Shown here piece by piece: positions 10,280-19,631 of a stretch of 64,000 bases of DNA; position 1 is the first letter of the stretch, and each line of letters opens with the position of its first letter. The stretch is from assembly GCA_964486725.1 (NCBI GenBank), contig CAZAOK010000002.1, positions 7,250 to 71,249 of the forward strand, written 5' to 3'. The position numbers and the translations under genes were made by a program. The DNA comes from an uncultured Leptospiraceae bacterium (GTDB taxonomy: Bacteria > Spirochaetota > UBA4802 > UB4802). Under the pieces are notes generated by a model, which saw only the letters and a program-made list of their open reading frames with translations, was not told where the DNA came from and searched no databases.

Positions 10280-12952
10280 TTATTTTGACCGAAGCCTGTA
10301 CACACCATCCCAGTTCTTTGATGGAGGTGTTTGAATAAACTCGGTGCACCTTGCATCATATGTATTGCTTGGCCCGTCTTCAGGTATGATTTTCAAAGCC
10401 GCCCTGAACGCTGCCCGGGCTTTCTTCCAGTCCCTTTCCTTAAATAGCTTCAATCCTTCATTATATTTTGAACGCATTTCAAGCATCTGGTCGGACAGGT
10501 TTCCCCAGGTATCCATTAATTCGAAAACTTTTATCGGCTTTTCCTTTCCAACTACACGTATAGTGTCAAGCTCCCTGTAACCGAAATCATCTTTTACCAG
10601 CATATGGGTATCTTCACTGATCATCAGGTACGTACCATAATGCTTGTTCGCCCCTTCAAGCCGCGAGGCAAGGTTTACAGAATCCCCCATGGCTGTATAA
10701 TCCATTCGTGTACGGGATCCCATGTTGCCAACAACAGCATCACCTGTATTCAAACCCATTCGAACGTATAGTTCATGTTTTCCCTGCTTTTTCCACACTT
10801 CCCGCATGTCAGCAAGACGTTTCTGCATTTCCATGGCACCATGGCATGCCCGAAGGGCATGGTCCTCCAGGAAATGAGGTGCCCCGTAAAACGCCATTAT
10901 TGCATCACCTTCGTACTTGTCAATAGTACCATCGTTTTTTAAAATAATATCTGTCATCTCAGACAGGTATTCATTAAGAAGCAGTACAAGTTCGGGAGGA
11001 GTAAGCTGCTCTGATATTGTGGAAAATTTAGCCACATCTGAGAAAAATGTGGTTATTTGACGCATTTCCCCCCCAAGATTCAGCGTTTCAGGGTTTTTAA
11101 TGATCTCATCGATAACGCGTGGAGATATATAATGACCAAATGCCGATTTGATAAATCGACGCTGGCTCTCCTCTTTCAGGAATTTAACAGAAGCAATGGT
11201 AAGAGATGGAAGTAGAATTGAAAGCAGAATCCCAAGCTGATCAAACCAGAGATTCATAATTGAAAAAACCAGCAATATGACCGCATAAAACCCGAAACCT
11301 GATGCTATAATCGTTATAACCGACTGCTTTGCATTAAGTTTCTGAATAACAAAACCACTGAGAAGAGCAATCAACAGCATGACAATATAATTAGCCATGC
11401 CTGAAGCTTCCGTGATAAATTCTTTCTGGAGAATAGTGTTCAGCACATTGGGATAAGTTCCCACCATCATGTAATGAGATGAAAGGGGAGTTACCCCGAT
11501 ATCCTGTGTTCCAGTGGCGGTAAGACCGATAATAGCGGAATGATGACGCAGGTTTTCCACTTTCCGTACAAGTTGAATGGCTTTAATGAAGTTAGACAGA
11601 TCTGCCACAGATTCTGACGCAGAAGGGTCTTTCTTTTCAATTTCTCTTAGCCTCTTGAGCTCCTGATGCAATGGCTGAATCAATTCTTTATCAAGTTTAC
11701 CGATTTTTTGCCTGTATGTTACTATGGACTGCCACAATTCACGTTTTTTTACAGGGTCAGTTGCCTTCGCGTATAGTTCTTCAGCTTCAGCCAGCTTCCC
11801 AATAAACCCGCTTCGTTCTGTTTTCTGCATGGCTATTTCCTGCTCGTCAAGAAAGCCATGCACTTCTTCTTCAACCATGCTGTATTCAAGAAGAGCATAG
11901 TAGGACAGGTGATTGAATGTTTCTTCCAGAGGACCAGCCCAGTTAATGTTTAACATTCCTTTTTCGTCGATGGGTATTGCGAGATCTTTCTTCTTATGTG
12001 TCACCGGGTTCAACGCTTCTTTCAGCACAACCCGTTTCCCTGGATGAATTTCCACATCATCCATGGAAACACCACACAAGTCCATAACCATAACCAGGCC
12101 CATATGAAAGAACACGCGATTATCGAATACTCGCAACAACCGTATCCGTCTTGCTGTACCGTCCATATCAAAATCACTGTCCACAAACCCGAAGGTTTTC
12201 GCGGCTTCAATCACTTCAGGTATTGGATACTGTATTGCAACCCGTTCATTATCAACCATGCTCATGAACTTCTCACTGTCTTTTTCAGGAACAGGAATAG
12301 AAGATCTGTGCATGAATTCCTGTCGCGCCCGTTGCTGACGTTCTTTTTGTTCGACCAGCATTTGTCGTGGGGTGAGTTCCTCCTTCAGAAAGGAGAAAGG
12401 GATAATCACATTCCCCACTGACTTTATTCCATTTGCAAGCATTACATCCCGATCTATTAAAAGATCCGATACATCTGCCGGCTGTATACGGCTTCCTTCA
12501 CGAAAATCATCCAGCAGCGTCCTGTAGGCCTCCATGTCCAGGCCCACCGGTGAAGCATCAGGAAACTGTATATCCATGGTGGTTTGACGGTTCCCCGTAT
12601 CCCGCAACACCTCCATCCCGTAGACATAGATATCACGTGGCCATGGAAACTGTCCGACATTATTGAGACTATTATCATCGATGTTAATGAATGAAATGAA
12701 TTCCCATTCGGGTGGTGACGGTTTCACCTGGAAAGCTATATCATATAATTTTAATTTAAAAAGGTGATATGGTGTAGTAAAACTGAGAAATAAAATGATG
12801 ATGAAAAGGAAAGCACCGGTAACAATACCTGCATAGGCACTCCTCTCCATGAAATCCTGGAACCTGCCAAGTATTTTTTTCATAGTTTTCCTGCCTGATC
12901 TGGAATTACAGCAATACCCGGAGTGTGTAAAAATCTTTCCGGGTATTACCAT
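10280..12952 (-). CDS. CHASE2-sensor class III adenylate/guanylate cyclase with a C-terminal TPR-like tail
   Basis: The architecture is an N-terminal TM, a periplasmic CHASE2-like region, TM helices, then the CYC domain (FFSDVAKFSTISE...YEGDAIMAFYGAP...GLNTGDAVVGNMG). The start may be the downstream MKKILGRF. Confidence 0.8.
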   Translation of the reverse strand: MVIPGKIFTHSGYCCNSRSGRKTMKKILGRFQDFMERSAYAGIVTGAFLFIIILFLSFTTPYHLFKLKLYDIAFQVKPSPPEWEFISFINIDDNSLNNVGQFPWPRDIYVYGMEVLRDTGNRQTTMDIQFPDASPVGLDMEAYRTLLDDFREGSRIQPADVSDLLIDRDVMLANGIKSVGNVIIPFSFLKEELTPRQMLVEQKERQQRARQEFMHRSSIPVPEKDSEKFMSMVDNERVAIQYPIPEVIEAAKTFGFVDSDFDMDGTARRIRLLRVFDNRVFFHMGLVMVMDLCGVSMDDVEIHPGKRVVLKEALNPVTHKKKDLAIPIDEKGMLNINWAGPLEETFNHLSYYALLEYSMVEEEVHGFLDEQEIAMQKTERSGFIGKLAEAEELYAKATDPVKKRELWQSIVTYRQKIGKLDKELIQPLHQELKRLREIEKKDPSASESVADLSNFIKAIQLVRKVENLRHHSAIIGLTATGTQDIGVTPLSSHYMMVGTYPNVLNTILQKEFITEASGMANYIVMLLIALLSGFVIQKLNAKQSVITIIASGFGFYAVILLVFSIMNLWFDQLGILLSILLPSLTIASVKFLKEESQRRFIKSAFGHYISPRVIDEIIKNPETLNLGGEMRQITTFFSDVAKFSTISEQLTPPELVLLLNEYLSEMTDIILKNDGTIDKYEGDAIMAFYGAPHFLEDHALRACHGAMEMQKRLADMREVWKKQGKHELYVRMGLNTGDAVVGNMGSRTRMDYTAMGDSVNLASRLEGANKHYGTYLMISEDTHMLVKDDFGYRELDTIRVVGKEKPIKVFELMDTWGNLSDQMLEMRSKYNEGLKLFKERDWKKARAAFRAALKIIPEDGPSNTYDARCTEFIQTPPSKNWDGVYRLRSK

Positions 12953-12971
12953 GCTGTTTTTGCCTGCAGAT

Positions 12972-14114
12972 CTATGGTCTCTCTTTAACTTTCACATACA
13001 GTGTTACACGGGACTTGTTTCGCCATACCACAATCTTCAGTGTTTCCCCTATCTTTGCCTTGCCCACAACATCCAGTAAGGTTTCAAAAGACTTAATCTT
13101 TTTCCCGCTTACCGAAAGTATTATATCTCCAACCTGCACGCCCCCTTTCTCGGCGGGACTGTTTTCCATAACACCGCCAATAAGTGCTCCGCTGGTATCG
13201 TCAAGTCCCCTCTCCCTGGCGTATTCTTTCGTGAGTGGTACTATCTGTACCCCGATAAAACCTCGTTTTATCTTTCCTGTTTCCTTCAATTGTTCCAGTA
13301 TGGATTTGGCAGTATTAATCGGGATAGCGAACCCTATTCCCATATATCCACCACTGCTTGAATAGATCATCCTGTTTATACCTATCACCTCGCCATTAAT
13401 GTTAATGAGAGGACCACCCGAGTTTCCCGGGTTAATTGAAGCATCTGTCTGTATATGAGACTGGGAACCACCCATCATGTCCACATCCCGTCTACCGGTG
13501 GCGCTGATCACACCAACAGTAAAAGTCCTGTCGAGGCCAAACGGATTACCAATGGCTATCGCCCAGTCTCCTACCTGCACTTTATCTGAATCACCTATAA
13601 ACACCGGTTTCAGTTTTTTCCCCGCTTCAATCTTTAACAGGGCTATATCCGTTCGGGGATCCGATCCCACCACCTTCGCGTCGAAGGTCTCATCATCTAC
13701 CTTGACGGTAACCTTGTCAACTTTCGCGATTACGTGATGATTTGTGCAGATGTATCCGTCTTCTGAAAGAACAAATCCTGTACCAAGTCCGGCACGTTTC
13801 CGTTCCCTCTGGCGATTCTTTGGCGGTCCAAAGAATTGCCTGAAGAAAGGATCATCATAAAACGGGTGCTGGGGCATTTGAACTGTCTGCTCAGTCGTGA
13901 TTGACACAACGCGTTCTTTGTACAGTTCAGACACCTGTATGAATGCTTCCTGCATTTGCACCGCGTATTTGTTTGCGTCATTACCCTTAAGGGGGGACTG
14001 TTTCATATCTCCAAACAATGTTGACTGGTTCTTTGAACATGAGAATGTATTTAGTGTAAGAACCGCCACACCTGCAAGTATTACCGGAACGATATATTTT
14101 GCCTTGTTATTCAT
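12972..14114 (-). CDS. htrA: HtrA/DegP family serine protease with PDZ
   Basis: The catalytic triad context (TNHHV, DIALLKI, GNSGGPL) is followed by a PDZ domain. Confidence 0.85.
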   Translation of the reverse strand: MNNKAKYIVPVILAGVAVLTLNTFSCSKNQSTLFGDMKQSPLKGNDANKYAVQMQEAFIQVSELYKERVVSITTEQTVQMPQHPFYDDPFFRQFFGPPKNRQRERKRAGLGTGFVLSEDGYICTNHHVIAKVDKVTVKVDDETFDAKVVGSDPRTDIALLKIEAGKKLKPVFIGDSDKVQVGDWAIAIGNPFGLDRTFTVGVISATGRRDVDMMGGSQSHIQTDASINPGNSGGPLININGEVIGINRMIYSSSGGYMGIGFAIPINTAKSILEQLKETGKIKRGFIGVQIVPLTKEYARERGLDDTSGALIGGVMENSPAEKGGVQVGDIILSVSGKKIKSFETLLDVVGKAKIGETLKIVVWRNKSRVTLYVKVKERP

Positions 14115-14240
14115 GGAACATCACTCCTCCTGCAATAAAATTATGTAATACACCTTTTATTTACGAACTACCGTTATTTCTCATCACATCAGTACATTCT
14201 ATAATAGAAACAACAAAACCGCAACAGCATTTTTCTCTGT

Positions 14241-14891
14241 CTAAATTGTAAATACTTTTAAAAGCAGTGCATATTGCCGATTGATATCCTTCATCTTGTC
14301 CAGATTTCCCCCTGGCCTGTCCGGATGAAACTTCTTCACCATAAGCCTGTATTTCCCCTGTATTATTTTCCTGGATGGGGTTTTAATATCAAAGGTTTCG
14401 AGGGCATGATCCACGTCCCTTTTATGAATGACGTATGTTTTCACCCCATTAAGAACATCATTGAACTGACGGCTTTCCCCATACTCAACATTTTTTTCAT
14501 CCCGGTAAAATTCACGCAGGGGATCGTACACAAGGGAATTCATTATATGCCTGTACCTGGATTCATGCATCCTGCAATATGTTTTATCTTCCACTGCCCT
14601 GCCGCAAAATGTACCTTCTTCCGAATCATAATGATAGCATAACCCTTCTTCGGGATATGGTACCGCTGCCATTCTCATCGGATCAGTATGAATATAATAC
14701 CCCTCCATGGCCATGTTCACTTTCAGGTTATACAACGCGTGAAAGAGAGAAAAATGCCTGACAAAAAGACTTAACTGATCATCATACCATGGCTGCTCGG
14801 ACAGGAATTCCCTGAAAACCGTTGCTTCCATTACCGGTTCTTTTTTTTCCAGTAAGTATGTCAACAAGTTATCACTACTTATCTGAATCAA
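14241..14891 (-). CDS. Hypothetical protein with a Cys/His zinc-finger-like segment and a C-terminal J domain
   Basis: The C-terminus reads KYRLMVKKFHPDRPGGNLDKMKDINRQYALL (HPD motif). The middle region reads CYHYDSEEGTFCGRAVEDKTYCRMHE. Confidence 0.5.
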   Translation of the reverse strand: MIQISSDNLLTYLLEKKEPVMEATVFREFLSEQPWYDDQLSLFVRHFSLFHALYNLKVNMAMEGYYIHTDPMRMAAVPYPEEGLCYHYDSEEGTFCGRAVEDKTYCRMHESRYRHIMNSLVYDPLREFYRDEKNVEYGESRQFNDVLNGVKTYVIHKRDVDHALETFDIKTPSRKIIQGKYRLMVKKFHPDRPGGNLDKMKDINRQYALLLKVFTI

Positions 14892-14917
14892 ACCATTTTA
14901 CCCCATTATTGCCTTTC

Positions 14918-15109
14918 TCATCTGAATGCGTCAGCATTTTCAGTTTCATTGCTGTTTTGTTCTTTTTCAATTTCCTCTCTGAACATAAACTTATAATCAT
15001 TGGAGCCATCAGAAGATATTTGCTGACGTGACACCCTGTTGTCCGTTTTTTTTTCACATGCACAAAACGTTACAAGTATGGTACAAACTGCAAATATGCT
15101 TAAAATTTT
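14918..15109 (-). CDS. Small lipoprotein (hypothetical)
   Basis: The internal Met gives MKILSIFAVCTILVTFCAC, a lipoprotein signal. The longer ORF-track start at 15202 lacks a signal-peptide context. Confidence 0.35.
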   Translation of the reverse strand, partial: KILSIFAVCTILVTFCACEKKTDNRVSRQQISSDGSNDYKFMFREEIEKEQNSNETENADAFR

Positions 15110-15315
15110 CATTTCATTTCTCCCTGTGACGATGCTTATATTGTAAAGAATAAAAGCCCCGTCATCAAGCAAATTGCGTATAATCAATGTGAGTTCATTC
15201 AAAAAATATTGTTACCATCATATATTTACAATACCTTTCCTGACAATGACAAATATATTGACAAATGCACAATTCTCAGGTAAAAACATATTAAGTGATG
15301 TTCAGGGAGGGAGTC

Positions 15316-16011
15316 ATGAAAATATTTACTAATATTCAGGATATTCCTGTTTCAAGCAGGAATCTATCCAGGCGGGATGCGCAGGAAACAGTATCCCAGG
15401 AGAAAGGGAAGTCTCTTTCACGCAGCACCGGCCCTTCTGCACGAACGGGTCAAGGGCAGTCCCGGCAGGCAGTACACGCGTTAACCATGGCAAATACTGC
15501 ACAGACAATAGTGAACAAGGCCATCAACATCTCGTTGCAAATACAACGGGGTATCCAGGAATCATTCAGTAACAGCAAGATGGATATGGCAGACATACAA
15601 GCCCAGGTGTCATCGATGAACAACCAGTTGAACAATTTCGGAGTAACGGGTGTAGCCATGCCATTGCCACAAAACAGCAATGGATTAATTTCACTTCCAG
15701 TTAGCGAGATCTCCGGCACCATGAAGTCATTAGAATCACTGGTCAATAATACCAGTGAAAACCCTGGCAGTGTTCACGAACAGGCTTCATCCATTATTGG
15801 CGAACTGCGGCAACATCGACAAAATATTGATTTTTTTATTGACACCATGGCCGGCCGGGAAAATATTCCTGAAGTGGCAACCGGCAACATCAACATGGAT
15901 TCCGCGTCACAAATGACCGGTGACATTGCTCAGTCAATTATCGATAACCCCGTTATGGCTTTACAGTCTCAGGGGAATCTGAATACTGATTACGCCGCGG
16001 AACTGCTATAA
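15316..16011 (+). CDS. Low-complexity S/N/Q-rich protein (hypothetical, possibly a secreted or partner protein)
   Basis: The RBS AGGGAGGGAG is upstream of the ATG at 15316. A TTGACA-17-TAAAAA element lies at 15258-15286. There are no TM helices and composition suggests partial disorder. Confidence 0.45.
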   Translation: MKIFTNIQDIPVSSRNLSRRDAQETVSQEKGKSLSRSTGPSARTGQGQSRQAVHALTMANTAQTIVNKAINISLQIQRGIQESFSNSKMDMADIQAQVSSMNNQLNNFGVTGVAMPLPQNSNGLISLPVSEISGTMKSLESLVNNTSENPGSVHEQASSIIGELRQHRQNIDFFIDTMAGRENIPEVATGNINMDSASQMTGDIAQSIIDNPVMALQSQGNLNTDYAAELL

Positions 16012-16060
16012 ACAGTCATGGCGAGAATAAAACACAATACTGCTAACTGGAGATAAACGA

Positions 16061-16465
16061 ATGGAAGTTTTTGATGGTTTCATAGCCGCGATAGCATCAG
16101 AATTCAAGATGAAATTCCATAAGGATTCAGAGGGTGCGTATACTACAACTGTTGAATTCGAAAACAACCGCAACCAGGAGATCTTGATCACCCTGACGAA
16201 AGATGAATCCGGGGACAGGATCATCAATTATTACTCAATAATCGGAAAGTTGAAAACCGATTCATTCGAACTCTATAAGTACGCACTCCGTGTTAACAGC
16301 ACCCTGAATTATGGTGCCCTGGCACTTCTCAATGAAACCCTGATTCTCAGAAACTCCATTCTTCTCAAAGATTGTGACCCCGAACGCTTTATGAAATCGT
16401 TGTTTTATATAGCTGCCAAGGCTGATGAGCTGGAAGAACTTCTCTTAAAAAAGAATATTTATTGA
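16061..16465 (+). CDS. YbjN-family / type III-secretion-chaperone-like protein
   Basis: It is 134 aa and acidic. The alpha/beta pattern (…NYGALALLNETLILR…DPERFMKSLFYIAAKADELEELL) resembles the YbjN/CesT-like fold. Confidence 0.4.
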   Translation: MEVFDGFIAAIASEFKMKFHKDSEGAYTTTVEFENNRNQEILITLTKDESGDRIINYYSIIGKLKTDSFELYKYALRVNSTLNYGALALLNETLILRNSILLKDCDPERFMKSLFYIAAKADELEELLLKKNIY

Positions 16466-16983
16466 GTTTTTTGCAGCCTTGCCCTTATCTTATTGCCCAT
16501 CGATTCAATATACCGATAATGTTCGGTATCATCGGCATGGATGAATACAGCCAGCGTGTCTTTTACGATCAGCAGTGTTCTGTCCCTGTTTGCATCTGTA
16601 TATTCTTTCAGTTTTTTTAATTCCTTTTTTGCCGCACTCTCATCCTTGAAAACCAGGATATAACAAACCATGTCATCACCGTAAGGTGTACGCGAACCTG
16701 CAAGTATGGTAACATGTATTGTTTTAAGATTTCCCGCGTATCCTCCCGGGTAAATCTTGTCCGCGATTACTTTTATGCCCCTGTCATTCACATAACAGGG
16801 ATTGTCCTCAAACACTTTCTGTGCGAATTTCGGTATCTTTCCAAGAATAAAACCTTCGGGTATCTCATCATTATTCAATTTTATTTGCTCGATAAGATCA
16901 TCTGAGAATGACACATTTGAAAAACCCATGGTCACACCCAGTATAACGACACAAATACTGTACAATAGCCTGCCGCGTTTCAT
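16459..16983 (-). CDS. Secreted hypothetical protein
   Basis: It has a signal peptide (LLYSICVVILGVTMGFS). No family recognised. Confidence 0.45.
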   Translation of the reverse strand: MKRGRLLYSICVVILGVTMGFSNVSFSDDLIEQIKLNNDEIPEGFILGKIPKFAQKVFEDNPCYVNDRGIKVIADKIYPGGYAGNLKTIHVTILAGSRTPYGDDMVCYILVFKDESAAKKELKKLKEYTDANRDRTLLIVKDTLAVFIHADDTEHYRYIESMGNKIRARLQKTQ

Positions 16984-17345
16984 TTTTTATCTCCATGCGC
17001 AAAATGTTCTTTACACAGGTTTGTACTGGCACTACCAGTGATAAACCGTACTATTATTTTCGGATATCCTGTTCTACCAATTCAGGATAAATTTTATGTT
17101 TTTTCCTTAGAGACATAATATTTTTATTGACGGATCACAAATTATCAACTATACATAAATACATTTTTTTTAAAGTACCGGTTTCAGGATAGCAAACGGC
17201 TCAAGTAACCAGCGCTTCCACGTTTTTTGCTTACATAAAATTACAAGTTCAGCAACTTGCATTGTCTAATGACAAACGGAAACACTGATTGCAACTGTTG
17301 CAAGCTTCATTAATACAATAATTCTACTACGTGCGGAGTCTTCAC

Positions 17346-19412
17346 ATGGCAAAAGAAAGCACAGGCCTCCCGTATATCCGTAAAAGGGATGGTCGAATAG
17401 TATCTTTTACCCCGGAAAAAATTACCGATGCCATCTTCAACGCAGCCAATGCGGTTGGTGGTACAGACAGGGAAACTGCCCGAAAAGTGGCAGATTCTGT
17501 TGTGGATATCATCAAGATCCTCTACAAGGATGATCATATACCCTCTGTTGAGAATATTCAGGATCTCGTTGAAAAGATGCTGATCGAAAAAGGTCATGCC
17601 AAAGTGGCAAAAGCCTATATTCTTTACAGGGAACAGCATAGAAAAATCCGCGAAGGGAAAAGCCTTCTGAACGAGGGAATTCAGCTCATTGAAGAATACC
17701 TTGACCGGTCAGACTGGCGTGTTAATGAAAACAGCAACATGAGCTATTCCCTGCAGGGATTGAACAATCATATTGCCTCCGCTATCACCGCAAAATACTG
17801 GCTTGAACGTATTTACCCGGAAGAAATTCGCGAACTGCACACCAACTGTGATATGCACATCCATGACCTTGGCCTGTTGTCTGCGTATTGCGTGGGATGG
17901 GACCTGAAAGATCTCCTCATCAGGGGTTTTGGTGGTGTTCCAGGTAAGATAGAAAGTAAACCTGCACGCCATTTCCGTACAGCACTGGGACAGGTGGTAA
18001 ACTTTTTCTATACGCTGCAGGGTGAATCCGCCGGCGCCCAGGCTTTTGCGAATTTTGACACCTACCTTGCCCCATTCATCCGCTATGACGGGCTTACTTA
18101 TGCCGAAGTAAAGCAGTCCCTGCAGGAATTTGTTTTTAACATGAACATTCCCACACGTGTGGGATTTCAGACTCCCTTCACCAACGTGACACTTGACCTG
18201 CAGGTTCCTTCTAACATTGCCGACGAGCACGTGGTTATTGCCGGTAACATCATGGAGTCCACCTATGGTGAGTTCCAGGAAGAAATGAATATATTCAACA
18301 ACGCCTTTGCTGAATGCCTGCTTGAAGGTGATGCACGGCACAGGATTTTCACTTTCCCCATCCCAACCTTTAATATTACGAAGGATTTCAACTGGGACAA
18401 TAAATCCCTTAATAAACTCTGGGAAATTACCGCAAAATACGGCATACCCTATTTTGCCAACTTTGTAAATTCTGACATGGACCCGGAAGATGCCCGCTCC
18501 ATGTGCTGCAGATTACGGCTGGACAACAGGGAACTCAGAAGCAGGGGTGGTGGACTGTTTGGAGCCAATCCACTCACAGGAAGCATCGGCGTTGTAACAA
18601 TAAACATGCCACGGCTGGCTTACAAGTCATCCACCGAGGAAGATTTTTTTGAAGGACTTTCTGCACTTATGGATAAGGCCAAAAAATCACTGGAAATTAA
18701 AAGAAAGGTACTTGAAAGTTTTACCCAGAATAATCTTTATCCTTACACAAAACATTACCTTCGGGATATATTTCAACGAAATGAGAAATACTGGATTAAT
18801 CATTTTTCCACCATCGGGATGGTGGGGATGAATGAAGCCTGCCTTAATCTTCTTGACCAGGATATTTCGACAGCAGATGGCAAAGAATTTACACTTCGTG
18901 TACTTGATTACATGCGCGATAGAATTCTGACATACCAGGAAGAAACCGGCAATATGTATAACCTGGAAGCAACACCCGCTGAAGGGGTTAGTTATCGTTT
19001 TGCCCGTCACGATAGAGAACAATTCCCGGACATCAGCACCTCGGGTCAGCAGGAACCTTACTACACAAACTCCATTCACCTGCCTGTTGGCTATTCGGAT
19101 GACATTTTTGACATGCTGGATCATCAGGATGAACTGCAGTCTCGTTTTACCGGTGGTACCGTTGTGCATTGTTATCTCGGTGAGAAAATTGATGACCCGG
19201 AAATGGTAAAGCATCTGGTCAGAAAAATTTCAGAAAATTACGGTATTCCATATTTCACTATTACCCCGACCTTCAGCATTTGTCCCGTTCACGGATACAT
19301 ACCGGGATCTCATTCATTCTGCCCTTATGAGCATACCCCCGAGGAGCTGGAAATGTTTGGTATTGATGTACCGGTAAATTCCGATAATAATATTAGAGAA
19401 AAAATTTCATAA
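17346..19412 (+). CDS. nrdD: Anaerobic ribonucleoside-triphosphate reductase catalytic subunit (class III), lacking the glycyl-radical motif
   Basis: It has an N-terminal ATP-cone (YIRKRDGRIVSFTPEKITDAI) and a class III barrel. It ends at a TAA before any RVxGY motif. Confidence 0.85.
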   Translation: MAKESTGLPYIRKRDGRIVSFTPEKITDAIFNAANAVGGTDRETARKVADSVVDIIKILYKDDHIPSVENIQDLVEKMLIEKGHAKVAKAYILYREQHRKIREGKSLLNEGIQLIEEYLDRSDWRVNENSNMSYSLQGLNNHIASAITAKYWLERIYPEEIRELHTNCDMHIHDLGLLSAYCVGWDLKDLLIRGFGGVPGKIESKPARHFRTALGQVVNFFYTLQGESAGAQAFANFDTYLAPFIRYDGLTYAEVKQSLQEFVFNMNIPTRVGFQTPFTNVTLDLQVPSNIADEHVVIAGNIMESTYGEFQEEMNIFNNAFAECLLEGDARHRIFTFPIPTFNITKDFNWDNKSLNKLWEITAKYGIPYFANFVNSDMDPEDARSMCCRLRLDNRELRSRGGGLFGANPLTGSIGVVTINMPRLAYKSSTEEDFFEGLSALMDKAKKSLEIKRKVLESFTQNNLYPYTKHYLRDIFQRNEKYWINHFSTIGMVGMNEACLNLLDQDISTADGKEFTLRVLDYMRDRILTYQEETGNMYNLEATPAEGVSYRFARHDREQFPDISTSGQQEPYYTNSIHLPVGYSDDIFDMLDHQDELQSRFTGGTVVHCYLGEKIDDPEMVKHLVRKISENYGIPYFTITPTFSICPVHGYIPGSHSFCPYEHTPEELEMFGIDVPVNSDNNIREKIS

Positions 19413-19436
19413 GTTTTATAAAAAGGGAGTTTTATC

Positions 19437-19631
19437 ATGAATCATTCTAACACCCAGAAAAAAATACCAGTAGAAGTATATTCACGGGTAGTAGGCTATT
19501 TCAGGCCGGTTAACCAGTGGAACAAGGGCAAGCAGGAAGAATTCAAAGAAAGAAAAGAGTATAAACTACAACCAATTGAGAAGGCATGCTCCTGTGAATA
19601 TCAAGGGTATACACAAAACGTCGTTAATTGA
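19437..19631 (+). CDS. Stand-alone glycyl-radical domain of class III RNR (split NrdD C-terminus)
   Basis: SRVVGYFRPVNQWNKGKQEEFKERKEY matches the E. coli NrdD C-terminus RRICGYLGSPDARPFNAGKQEEVKRRVKH. It has its own RBS (AAGGGAG) and ATG. It is in frame with nrdD but separated from it by two stop codons. Confidence 0.65.
   Translation: MNHSNTQKKIPVEVYSRVVGYFRPVNQWNKGKQEEFKERKEYKLQPIEKACSCEYQGYTQNVVN

Noticed and set aside
10017-10349. 110-aa ORF overlapping the small membrane ORF and the cyclase 3' end
   Set aside because: It is Cys-rich low-complexity sequence in an alternative frame of an intergenic/overlap region, so it is probably spurious.
12022-12421. Several 60-140-aa ORFs antisense to, or in alternative frames of, the adenylate cyclase and other large genes (the same applies to many track ORFs inside mrcA, ppdK, nrdD, yidC, nqr, dsbD and others)
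   Set aside because: They are embedded in long, well-supported genes with recognisable domains and are typical shadow ORFs.
17220-17300. TTGCAAC-tg-TTGCAAG / GCAACTTGC motifs upstream of nrdD as an NrdR or FNR site
   Set aside because: They match neither the NrdR-box palindrome (acaCwAtATaTwGtgt) nor the FNR TTGAT-N4-ATCAA consensus. They are probably just short TTGCAA palindromes by chance.
19410-19436. The nrdD split as a sequencing frameshift or pseudogene
   Set aside because: The two parts are in the same frame with two stop codons between them, and a canonical RBS plus ATG restarts translation. An indel cannot produce this. A nonsense-mutated pseudogene remains formally possible but is unlikely given the intact downstream reading frame and nrdG.
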